NCBI GenBank assembly: GCA_965232535.1
Contig: CBDDPW010000021.1
Span: 519,700-583,699 of the forward strand
Source: Candidatus Poribacteria bacterium
Lineage (GTDB): Bacteria > Poribacteria > WGA-4E > JAJDTR01
Direction of reading: 5' to 3'
DNA: 64,000 nucleotides
Part shown: positions 56,370 through 64,000 of the stretch, in pieces
Layout: the number at the start of each line of letters is the position of its first letter
Numbering within the stretch: position 1 is the stretch's first letter
Translations under genes and position numbers: made by a program
The notes under the pieces: generated by a model
What the model saw: only the letters and a program-made list of their open reading frames with translations
Told to the model about the DNA's origin: nothing
The model's database searches: none

Positions 56370-58025
56370 TTGACAATGGAGATGAAGACAAACATGACAT
56401 ACCGTGACACATTAGAAAAAATCCGGCTCGCATTTCCCCAGCCGGTATCCGATTCCATTCATGACTCCTACTTCGTGCATTCGATTATGCGCGCATTAGA
56501 TCAGGTTGATGCGCTCAAATCACATCTGCCGATGCTTGGTGACGTGGTGGCTGGAGATTTCGAGAAAGCAAAGGGGCAAGTGTTGCCGGAGGCGATGTCT
56601 TCGGTTGAAGATGTCACGGCAGAGTTAGTGGAATATCTACGAGGAATGACGATCTTTGGGCACCCTCGCACTCAGCAGAACGTCATCCCTCCCCCGACAA
56701 TTCCAAGCTTGATTGGGGTGCTCCTCGCTTCGCTGCACAATCCCAATATCTCATGGGATGAATACAGCCGCTTGGTTGCATTGGCCGAAGTTGAAGCGGT
56801 CGCAATGACCTCAAAATTGATAGGGTACGATCCGGAAGCGTCGAGCGGCGTATTTACCTTTGGCGGCACCGGGACAACACTATACGGGGTGAAGCTTGGC
56901 TTGGAAAAAGCCTGCGCGGAAACGATGCAGAAGGGTACGCCCGAAGAGCTAGCCGTTTTCGTGTCGGACGCGGGTCATTACTGCGCTTCCAACATAGTGG
57001 GGTGGCTCGGAATCGGGACGAACAATCTGATTACCATCCCGACAACAGTTGAAAACGAAATCGATCTCGCCCAACTTGAGCAACAGGCTCGTACAGCATT
57101 TGGAGACGGGAAAAAGATTGCTGCCATCATTGCCACATTGGGGACGACAGACTCGTTCGGATTGGACGACTTGGAGAGTATTGCGGCGTTACGCGACACG
57201 CTAGTCGAAGAGTTTCAGCTCGACTACAAGCCGCACATTCACGCGGACGCCGTTATCGGGTGGGCATGGTCGGTGTTCAATGACTACGATATGGAAAAGA
57301 ACTCTCTCGGATTCCGTCCGCGCACCATCCGTGCATTGGCGGGAGCTTGTCGGCGAATACAGCATTTATCTCTGGCGGATTCGGTCGGAATCGACTTCCA
57401 CAAGACCGGCTTTGCACCCTATATTTCCAGCCTCGTTCTCGTCAGGAATCGATCGGATTTGGAGTTGGTGACTCGACAGCCGGAACAGATGCCTTACCTC
57501 TACCACTTTGGAGATTACCGTCCCGGAATGTTCACGCTTGAGACCTCCAGAGCAGGGACAGGACCGCTTGCGGCTCTCGCCAATTTCCGACTGTTCGGCG
57601 AAGAGGGGTTGCGCGTAATTTTGGGGCACATTGTTGAGATGACGCAACTGCTGCGCGAACATCTTGAAGGTCAGGAGGGCACGACCGTGTTGAATCGCGA
57701 TAATTTCGGTACTGTCACGCTATTCCGCGCCTATCCGATAGGCGTGGACACGTTTTCAATCAAGCGACAGGAGTTCGAGGACGAAGCGTACCGCGATAGC
57801 CTGCTTTCACATAACAATTACAACCGAGAAATCTACAAATATGTGCATTCGGAGGCGATGGCGGGCAGAGGGGTTGTCATTTCGCTAACGGATTGCTATC
57901 GGCGAACCAGTTACGGTGAGCCTATCGTTGCCTTGAAGTCATATATCCTGTCGCCCTTTGTCGATGAGGATGATGTCAAATCAGTGGTGTCGAAGGTTTT
58001 GGAGGCGAGAGAGAAGGTGGGTTAG
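56370..58025 (+). CDS. group II PLP-dependent decarboxylase-like enzyme (fold type I)
   Basis: 551-aa ORF. FTFGGTGTTLYG, HADAVIGW and GIDFHKTG (PLP lysine). The exact start among TTG 56370 / ATG 56376 / ATG 56394 is uncertain. Confidence 0.8.
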   Translation: MTMEMKTNMTYRDTLEKIRLAFPQPVSDSIHDSYFVHSIMRALDQVDALKSHLPMLGDVVAGDFEKAKGQVLPEAMSSVEDVTAELVEYLRGMTIFGHPRTQQNVIPPPTIPSLIGVLLASLHNPNISWDEYSRLVALAEVEAVAMTSKLIGYDPEASSGVFTFGGTGTTLYGVKLGLEKACAETMQKGTPEELAVFVSDAGHYCASNIVGWLGIGTNNLITIPTTVENEIDLAQLEQQARTAFGDGKKIAAIIATLGTTDSFGLDDLESIAALRDTLVEEFQLDYKPHIHADAVIGWAWSVFNDYDMEKNSLGFRPRTIRALAGACRRIQHLSLADSVGIDFHKTGFAPYISSLVLVRNRSDLELVTRQPEQMPYLYHFGDYRPGMFTLETSRAGTGPLAALANFRLFGEEGLRVILGHIVEMTQLLREHLEGQEGTTVLNRDNFGTVTLFRAYPIGVDTFSIKRQEFEDEAYRDSLLSHNNYNREIYKYVHSEAMAGRGVVISLTDCYRRTSYGEPIVALKSYILSPFVDEDDVKSVVSKVLEAREKVG

Positions 58026-58140
58026 GGTTAGGGGTTCCATAGTCCAGAAATAAATAGCGAATTGGATATCTGATGGTTACCGAAGAAAAACGGTGAGAAT
58101 AGTCGCCGAAGATCAAAAATGCGATGGGGATTAGAGACTC

Positions 58141-58345
58141 GGGGACGCAGATCTGCGTCCGCTACGATTAGCGTAGGGAACGTTGATCGTTGTTCCCTAC
58201 AAAGCACAGAAGAAGGGGAACTGGTGACTTGATGATTGCAGATGGTAAGTTGGTATTACGAATACAATGAATGAGTAAGCGAAAAGCGGTGGGCATCGGA
58301 TCTCTATCGTACTCGCTAATCGCTCGTTTGATCCCACCCTACAAT
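58141..58345 (+). repeat. mosaic: two unique GTAG-type hairpins (58141-58166, 58173-58200), module L, class I (58298-58345)
   Basis: ggggacgcagatctgcgtccgctacg; GTAGGGAAC-gttgatcgtt-GTTCCCTAC; ggatctctatcgtactcgctaatcgctcgtttgatcccaccctacaat. Confidence 0.75.
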
Positions 58346-58517
58346 ACACTTACAATTTGATGCGATTGCGCTCAAATCTTCCAATTTTCTGTTGACAATG
58401 GTAGATTAAATAGGGTATTCTTTGGGCTGTCAAGGTTTTAACCTTGACATGTTTACCCTTGGCTGAACATGGTCGTTAATCACAAGGGCTTGCGAAATAC
58501 TATCGGAGATTGCGCCG

Positions 58518-58907
58518 TTGTCGATTGATAAACTCAAGTACGTGCTGCTGTCGGACTTCTACAGCAATCTGTTAACGGAAAAGCAGCGAGAATTCCTCAG
58601 CCTTTATTATGAGGAGGATTTGTCGTTGGGAGAGATTTCCGAGAAGTTCGGAATCTCACGGCAGGCGGTGTATGATTCGATTCGGTCGTCTGAGATGTGC
58701 CTTGAACGCTTAGAGAACGAGCTTGGGCTGTTGGCTAGTTTTCAACATCAGCGGGGTGTAGTCACAGATGTGTTGGATCATCTGCAATCACTGGAAACCG
58801 ACGATGTTGGCACAAAGAAACAGGAAACAATTCGGTACATTAAACAACGTCTTCACAGTTTGATTGACCTTCCTCAGTCACCATACGGCGATGAAGCGCG
58901 GAGCTAA
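58518..58907 (+). CDS. ylxM: YlxM/UPF0122 putative HTH protein preceding ffh
   Basis: LLSDFYSNLLTEKQREFLSLYYEEDLSLGEISEKFGISRQAVYDSI is the YlxM signature. The position directly upstream of ffh is conserved. Confidence 0.8.
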   Translation: MSIDKLKYVLLSDFYSNLLTEKQREFLSLYYEEDLSLGEISEKFGISRQAVYDSIRSSEMCLERLENELGLLASFQHQRGVVTDVLDHLQSLETDDVGTKKQETIRYIKQRLHSLIDLPQSPYGDEARS

Positions 58908-58915
58908 AGAAAATT

Positions 58916-60298
58916 ATGTTTGAAAGTTTGACCGAGCGACTACAGGGCACCTTGAAGAAGATTGCCGGTCAAGGCAAACTGACAGAGAAGAACGTGGCTG
59001 ATGCCCTGCGAGATGTGCGAAGGGCGTTGTTGGAAGCGGACGTTAACTTCAAAGTCGCACGCGATTTCATAGAGGATGTCAAGGAGCGCACGCTTGGTCA
59101 ACAGGTGCTGGGCAGTTTGACGCCGGAGCTACAGATTGCGAAGATCATTGGCGATGAACTGACCAAGTTGATGGGGACGCAGGCGGCAAAGATTAACATC
59201 GCACCGAGTGGTCCAACAGTTGTCATGATGGTCGGTCTGCAAGGCTCCGGAAAGACAACCGCCGCCGCCAAATTGGCCCTGAGGTTCCGTTCGGAAGGTC
59301 GAAATCCGCTTTTGGTTGCAGCGGATGTTTACCGGCCGGCGGCGATTAAGCAGTTGGAGGTGCTTGGCGAACAGATTGAGGTTCCCGTGTTTTCGATGGG
59401 CACGGATATATCGCCTGTCGCTATTGTGAATGAAGCGGTTAAACAAGGTCTAAATCGCGGGAATAACTTCGTCATTGTTGACACCGCGGGACGCTTGGCG
59501 ATTGACGAGGAGTTGATGGCGGAACTCCGCAATATAAAGGCGGAGGTAAATCCGACCGAGATTTTGCTCGTCGTCGATGCGATGACGGGACAGGACGCGG
59601 TGAACATCGCCGAGCATTTCAATGACAGTCTGGATATTGACGGCGTTGTTTTGACCAAGCTGGACGGCGATGCGCGCGGCGGCGCGGCGCTTTCAATTCG
59701 CGCCGTGACCCATAAACCGATTAAGTTCGTCGGGGTTGGCGAGAAGATTGTTCCAGCGGCGCTGGAGGAATTCCACCCGGATCGTATGGCGTCGCGCATC
59801 TTGGGTGAGGGTGATTTCGCGACTTTGCTTGAGAGAGCAGAATCCATTTTTAGCGACGACCAGGCCGAAGAACTTGAGCGGAAACTGAGCCAAAAACATG
59901 GACTGGATTTCGATGACCTGCTTATGCAGCTCGAGCAGCTTAAGAACATGGGACCTCTGGATCAGTTAATGGACATGATTCCCGGGATGAGCAAGCTCCC
60001 AGTAAAAGGTATGGCGCCGGATGAAAATCAACTAAAATATGCGAAGGCAATCATTCAGTCGATGACCCCAACGGAGCGAAGGAATCCGAGCATACTTGAT
60101 CGCAGCCGCCGTATGCGGATTGCGAATGGAAGCGGTACCGATGTTCGTCAAGTTAATCAGTTGTTTGACCAACTCAAGTTTATGAATCGTATGGTCAAGC
60201 AGCAGACAGGGATGATGGGAATGCCGCAGATTGGACTCAAGTCACCCGGCAAGAAACGGAAGAACTTGAAGCGGCGGAAGAAGCGCAAGTCACGGTAG
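58916..60298 (+). CDS. ffh: signal recognition particle protein Ffh
   Basis: GLQGSGKTT, DTAGR, TKLDGDARGG, a Met-rich M domain and a basic C-terminal tail. Confidence 0.95.
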   Translation: MFESLTERLQGTLKKIAGQGKLTEKNVADALRDVRRALLEADVNFKVARDFIEDVKERTLGQQVLGSLTPELQIAKIIGDELTKLMGTQAAKINIAPSGPTVVMMVGLQGSGKTTAAAKLALRFRSEGRNPLLVAADVYRPAAIKQLEVLGEQIEVPVFSMGTDISPVAIVNEAVKQGLNRGNNFVIVDTAGRLAIDEELMAELRNIKAEVNPTEILLVVDAMTGQDAVNIAEHFNDSLDIDGVVLTKLDGDARGGAALSIRAVTHKPIKFVGVGEKIVPAALEEFHPDRMASRILGEGDFATLLERAESIFSDDQAEELERKLSQKHGLDFDDLLMQLEQLKNMGPLDQLMDMIPGMSKLPVKGMAPDENQLKYAKAIIQSMTPTERRNPSILDRSRRMRIANGSGTDVRQVNQLFDQLKFMNRMVKQQTGMMGMPQIGLKSPGKKRKNLKRRKKRKSR

Positions 60299-60477
60299 GA
60301 TAATAGCGGTTAAGGCTTGGAGATTCAAGCCGAGCGGGAAGGAGTAGTATCCACGCTCCGCCGCGCAGCTATTTTCACAAGAGAACTGGAACTCGGAGTA
60401 TACCCAATACCATTTAAATTTAGTTGAACGTTTGAAACGTTTCTCGGTCTACAACCACAATAAGGAGGAAGTAATTT

Positions 60478-60861
60478 TTGGCAGTTAGAATAAGACTTCA
60501 ACGCCACGGCAGAAAGAAGCGTCCGTTTTATCGACTAGTGGCGGCTGATGCCCGTGCCCAACGAGATGGACGGTTCCTAGAACGCTTAGGTCATTACGAT
60601 CCATTGACTGACCCGGCTGAAGTTGTCATTGATGAAGACAGGGTTTTGAAGTGGCTGAAACGGGGTGCGCAACCGTCGGACACAGCAAAGAACCTTTTGT
60701 CGCAAGCCGGCATTTGGGAGAGGTTCACCGCTGAACGATTAGGAAAACCCGTTCCGACGCGGGAGGAGGAATCTCTTTCGACGGAGGAGGATAGCTCTTC
60801 GTCGACAGACGAAGCGCCCCCTGCCGAAAACGAGAGCGAATCCGCAGACGCTACTTCATAA
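60478..60861 (+). CDS. rpsP: 30S ribosomal protein S16 with about 40-aa acidic/Ser-rich C-terminal extension
   Basis: TTG start after AAGGAGG. (M)AVRIRLQRHGRKKRPFYRLVAADARAQRDGRFLERLGHYDP. Confidence 0.95.
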   Translation: MAVRIRLQRHGRKKRPFYRLVAADARAQRDGRFLERLGHYDPLTDPAEVVIDEDRVLKWLKRGAQPSDTAKNLLSQAGIWERFTAERLGKPVPTREEESLSTEEDSSSSTDEAPPAENESESADATS

Positions 60862-60879
60862 GCGCCAGTTGAATCAACG

Positions 60880-61290
60880 AATTGACACTTGTAATCTAAA
60901 ATCCAAGGTGAACCCGATCGCCGTGGGACGAGAGCCCGCTTCACAAAATCGAAGTTTGTGTTAAGTGTGCGATGCGGGCTACACGTTTAGAACGTGCTTG
61001 ATGATGGTGGGAAGTGCCCACCCTACAGAACCGAATCTACGGAAGATGCATCGGATACACCGGTTGAACCATTTAATTGACACACGCAATTCGATGTCCA
61101 AGTGAATCCAGTCGCGGCGGAACGAGAACCTGCTTGAATAAATCGAAGTTTGTGTTATGCGTGTGATGCGGGCAACGCGGTAAGATCGCGCTCGAAGACG
61201 GTGGGCAGTGCCCACCCTACAAAACCGAATCTGCGGAAGATGCTCTGGATACACCGGTTGCTTCATTCAATCGACGGTTGTAATCCAGGG
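60880..61290 (+). repeat. tandem direct repeat, about 2.1 copies of a 194-195-bp unit, in the rpsP-KH intergenic region
   Basis: Unit starts aattgacac at 60880 and 61075, and aatcgacgg at 61269. Each full unit contains a class G hairpin (61006-61028, 61200-61222). Confidence 0.85.
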
Positions 61291-61353
61291 TAGATTTATT
61301 CGCCACGACATAAGCGACAATCACTATACTGGAATTGTGGTTCAGGGTGTTTT

Positions 61354-61599
61354 ATGTTCAAGGATTTGATTGAATATATTGCAACATCCCTCGTAGATCG
61401 ACCCGAGCAGGTTAAAGTCCATGAAGTTGCAGGAGAGAAGGCTACCATTCTCGAATTGAGCGTTGCGGAGGAAGACTTGGGAAAGATTATCGGCAAACAT
61501 GGACGCACACTCAAATCGATACGGAGTATCTTGTTTGCCGCGGGGATTAAAGCCAATAAAAGGGTTGTGCTTGAACTTATTGAGTCCAATAAAGAGTAG
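61354..61599 (+). CDS. KH-domain RNA-binding protein (YlqC/UPF0109)
   Basis: 81-aa ORF. GKIIGKHGRT GxxG loop. Conserved position after rpsP. Confidence 0.85.
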   Translation: MFKDLIEYIATSLVDRPEQVKVHEVAGEKATILELSVAEEDLGKIIGKHGRTLKSIRSILFAAGIKANKRVVLELIESNKE

Positions 61600-61761
61600 A
61601 GTAGAATCGGAGTTTGAGGCGAAGTTGATTTAGCTCATACGGATGGGAGCTGAAAGATAGGGAGAAAACGTAGTGTTTAAGCTAGACTTACGCCGTTTTA
61701 TTCTCTTGGCTAAGCTGCCGAGGATAGTTGGTTACGCTCACCGAATTGATGAGAGTGGAAT

Positions 61762-62205
61762 ATGGCCGTTATCGTAAAGCGACCCGTAATACTCAAAAAT
61801 GTAGTCACGGAGAGTTTCAAGTCGCAATTGACTAGGGAGCTTGAGCACGCGATAAAACAAATCGCGCAGTGGCTGGAACAGGAGGAGTTTCAGAGCCGCC
61901 GATTAATTTCCGAGGCGCAAAAGCAGTCCCCTAATCGCGTGAATCAGTTACGCGAGGAAATCAGTCAGGAGCGGGGCAAGCAGGAACAGGCGCTTGAGAA
62001 CCTTAAGCAACAGCTCAGTCAGGTGAAACAACTGGAAATCGATTCGTTTTTCGCTAGCGGCACGTACGATGCGCCTGTGAAAATCGAGGTGGGGGATGAT
62101 ATTCGCTCCAAACTGTCTCAGGCGGAGATTATTGTCAAGGATGGACGCGTAATTCAGATTAATGAATGGGCGCCGCAATCTTCCAGTACACCAGATGAAA
62201 ATTGA
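61762..62205 (+). CDS. YlqD-like protein
   Basis: 147-aa coiled-coil-rich ORF between the KH protein and trmD. The V.V...VTE.FK..L start and the GD......AEIIVKDGRVIQI end resemble the YlqD family. Call made from memory of the family pattern only. Confidence 0.55.
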   Translation: MAVIVKRPVILKNVVTESFKSQLTRELEHAIKQIAQWLEQEEFQSRRLISEAQKQSPNRVNQLREEISQERGKQEQALENLKQQLSQVKQLEIDSFFASGTYDAPVKIEVGDDIRSKLSQAEIIVKDGRVIQINEWAPQSSSTPDEN

Positions 62206-62929
62206 TGTTATTGCTCTATTTCCGGAGATTATAACCCCTGCGCTGCGAGTGAGCATTTTGAAGCGCGCTCAAGACGCAGGATTTTTGACAGTTAACGTCC
62301 ACAATCTCAGAGATTTCGCGACCGATCGACATCAAACGGTTGACGACTATCCATACGGCGGCGGTGCAGGAATGATTCTAAAGCCGGAGCCGCTGTTCGC
62401 AGCCGTCAGAGCATTAAGTCCAGAGTCAAACACTCGCGTCATTTATTTGACTCCCCAAGGAAAGCCGTGTACTCAGCGACTTGCCGAAGCGCTTTCTCTT
62501 GAATCACATATCATTCTCATCTGTGGTCGTTATAAAGGGATTGATGAGCGCGTTCGCCAGAAACTGGTTACGGACGAAATTTCGATTGGCGATTATGTGC
62601 TGAGCGGTGGAGAAATCCCGGCGCTTGTACTAATCGATACCATTGGAAGGGTGCTGCCCGGAGTGTTGGGCGATTACGAATCGGCTCAGGACGATTCATT
62701 TAGCCAGCAGATGTTAGATCATCCGCACTATACACGCCCCTCTGATTTTGAGGGGATGAAGGTGCCTGAAGTATTGTTGAGTGGGCACCACGAGAAGATT
62801 ACGCGCTGGAAGTATGAAGAGTCGTTGAAACGAACTGCGGCGCGACGTCCAGATTTACTGAAAGAAATTGAGTTAACAGAAGAGAATACGAATTTCATGC
62901 GCGAGCCAAATGCCAGCGAAGGCATTTGA
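62195..62929 (+). CDS. trmD: tRNA (guanine37-N1)-methyltransferase TrmD
   Basis: MKIDVIALFPE.., YPYGGGAGM, LICGRYKGIDERV, SIGDYVLSGGE. Start chosen at ATG 62195, overlapping the upstream stop by 11 nt. Confidence 0.95.
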   Translation: MKIDVIALFPEIITPALRVSILKRAQDAGFLTVNVHNLRDFATDRHQTVDDYPYGGGAGMILKPEPLFAAVRALSPESNTRVIYLTPQGKPCTQRLAEALSLESHIILICGRYKGIDERVRQKLVTDEISIGDYVLSGGEIPALVLIDTIGRVLPGVLGDYESAQDDSFSQQMLDHPHYTRPSDFEGMKVPEVLLSGHHEKITRWKYEESLKRTAARRPDLLKEIELTEENTNFMREPNASEGI

Positions 62930-63055
62930 TGCACCGAAGATTTTTGACGAGTTTTTCGATTGACGTTCTTTGGGACACACGCACTACCGTTGTCATGAAT
63001 GAAAAACTCGCGTGCGCCGAATTTGAAGAATACAAAATGAAAGGATAGGCAAAAG

Positions 63056-63415
63056 ATGAACTTGATTGAATCGGTCGAGAGTGAATATATAAAGGAGGGT
63101 TTCCCGGAATTCGCCCCGGGTGATATGGTACGAGTCAATACGAAGATTCGGGAGGGTGAGAAGGAACGTGTTCAAGCGTACGAGGGCACTGTGATACGGC
63201 GATCCCATGGCGGATTAAGCGAGACCTTCACGGTTCGACGTGTGGCATTTGGCGAAGGGAGTGAAAGAACGTTTCCGCTGCATTCGCCGAACATAGAGAG
63301 TATTGAGGTGCTCCGATATGGAGCGGTGCGACGCGCCAAATTGTACTATTTGCGGGATCGAACCGGGAATTCTGCAAGAGTTCGCGAGCGAAGACGAGTT
63401 GCAACGGAGAAGTAG
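63056..63415 (+). CDS. rplS: 50S ribosomal protein L19
   Basis: 119-aa [53 protein letters not shown] pattern. Confidence 0.95.
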   Translation: MNLIESVESEYIKEGFPEFAPGDMVRVNTKIREGEKERVQAYEGTVIRRSHGGLSETFTVRRVAFGEGSERTFPLHSPNIESIEVLRYGAVRRAKLYYLRDRTGNSARVRERRRVATEK

Positions 63416-63629
63416 TTTTTTCTGCTTGCTGAAGTATAACCTAGTCGCAAGTATTGGGGAACCCAACCCCTAGAATTTGGCATTCGCACGATACAGGACT
63501 TGGTCACACCCGAATTTGGCAAAGATGAAAAGGAGGTCTTTAATCTTTGTTTTCGGATGTGATGTTGTGCCGACGCAGGGGTGACTTACCATTACTGCGG
63601 AAGAATAGAAAGGTGACCTCGAGATCCAA

Positions 63630-64000
63630 TTGATCGAGCGAGCTTTACACAGAGAGGGTTATCAGCATATCGCGGGCGTTGATGAAGCCGGACGCGGCCC
63701 GCTAGCGGGTCCGGTGGTAGCTGCGGCGGTAATTCTTCCGGTGGATTGCGTCGTCCCGGGGGTAACAGATTCAAAGCAGCTGTCACCGAACCAACGCGAA
63801 CGGCTGTTCGACGACATTCAGCGCGCTTCAACCGCGGTTAAGGTCAGTTGTATCAGCAATACGGTTATCGACGAAGTGAATATCCTGCAGGCTACGTTGC
63901 TGGCGATGCGAAACGCCGTAGAACAACTCCTCCCACCCCCGGATTACGTGCTTGTCGACGGCACGCAACTTCCCGCCATTTCCATACCTTCACAAGCGCT
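63630..64000 (+). CDS. rnhB: ribonuclease HII, N-terminal part (continues beyond the window)
   Basis: Hand translation gives IAGVDEAGRGPLAGPVVAAAVIL..TDSKQLS..ILQATLLAM. A start at TTG 63630 is the only candidate after the in-frame stop at 63606. Confidence 0.85.
   Translation, partial: MIERALHREGYQHIAGVDEAGRGPLAGPVVAAAVILPVDCVVPGVTDSKQLSPNQRERLFDDIQRASTAVKVSCISNTVIDEVNILQATLLAMRNAVEQLLPPPDYVLVDGTQLPAISIPSQA

Noticed and set aside
59329-59949. 206-aa - strand ORF inside ffh.
   Set aside because: It is antisense to an unambiguous Ffh coding sequence and is a low-complexity Ser/Ala-rich translation.
60313-60330. Hairpin GGCTTG-gagatt-CAAGCC after ffh as an intrinsic terminator.
   Set aside because: The stem is short (6 bp) and not followed by a T-tract. 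rpsP is probably co-transcribed or has its own leader, so the evidence is insufficient.
60979-61266. 95-aa - strand ORF in the rpsP-KH gap.
   Set aside because: It spans the two tandem repeat units and is internally repetitive, with no RBS. It is more likely non-coding.

Overview
64-kb window from what looks like an uncultured Gram-negative bacterium. Hand GC counts on single 60-nt lines give about 52-60% in core genes. I see about 47 credible protein genes on both strands:
- Sugar-acid and oxidoreductase metabolism: an FAD/Fe-S oxidase, two Gfo/Idh/MocA enzymes, an HpcH-type aldolase and an enolase-superfamily enzyme.
- Secreted peptidases (S8, M42) and a 1513-aa Lhr helicase.
- Eukaryote-like secreted proteins: two C-type-lectin paralogs flanking a 14-blade WD40 protein, plus a PD40 propeller.
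- A TonB-dependent receptor, a DUF255 thioredoxin fusion and a TAXI-TRAP binding protein.
- A tri-haem membrane cytochrome next to a porin-like gene.
- An intact IS5-family element with a TTA target duplication.
- At the right end, the conserved ylxM-ffh-rpsP-KH-ylqD-trmD-rplS-rnhB cluster.

Two things stand out.
1. A low-GC five-gene island at 20.39-26.27 kb (37-45% on spot counts). It encodes a PD-(D/E)xK nuclease fused to an N6-adenine methylase, a HEPN (Rx4H) protein, an HsdS specificity subunit, a 2-TM protein and a ParB/Srx-like protein. There is no HsdR helicase. This is a candidate non-canonical RM/abortive-infection system.
2. Nearly every intergenic gap, roughly a tenth of the window, is filled with a modular mosaic of short hairpin repeats that all end in CCTAC. 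These look like GTAG-headed REP-like elements: at least 10 stem classes, about 38 copies by eye, almost all in one orientation. The gaps also hold variable-number 23-nt unit arrays, 200-340-bp composite repeats, and a 195-bp tandem duplication inside the rpsP-trmD operon.

There are two apparent single-nucleotide frame problems: the FAD/Fe-S oxidase near 937 and the TonB receptor start near 39.52 kb. I recognised no rRNA, tRNA or CRISPR array. All functional calls come from motif recognition by eye; no database search or computation was possible.
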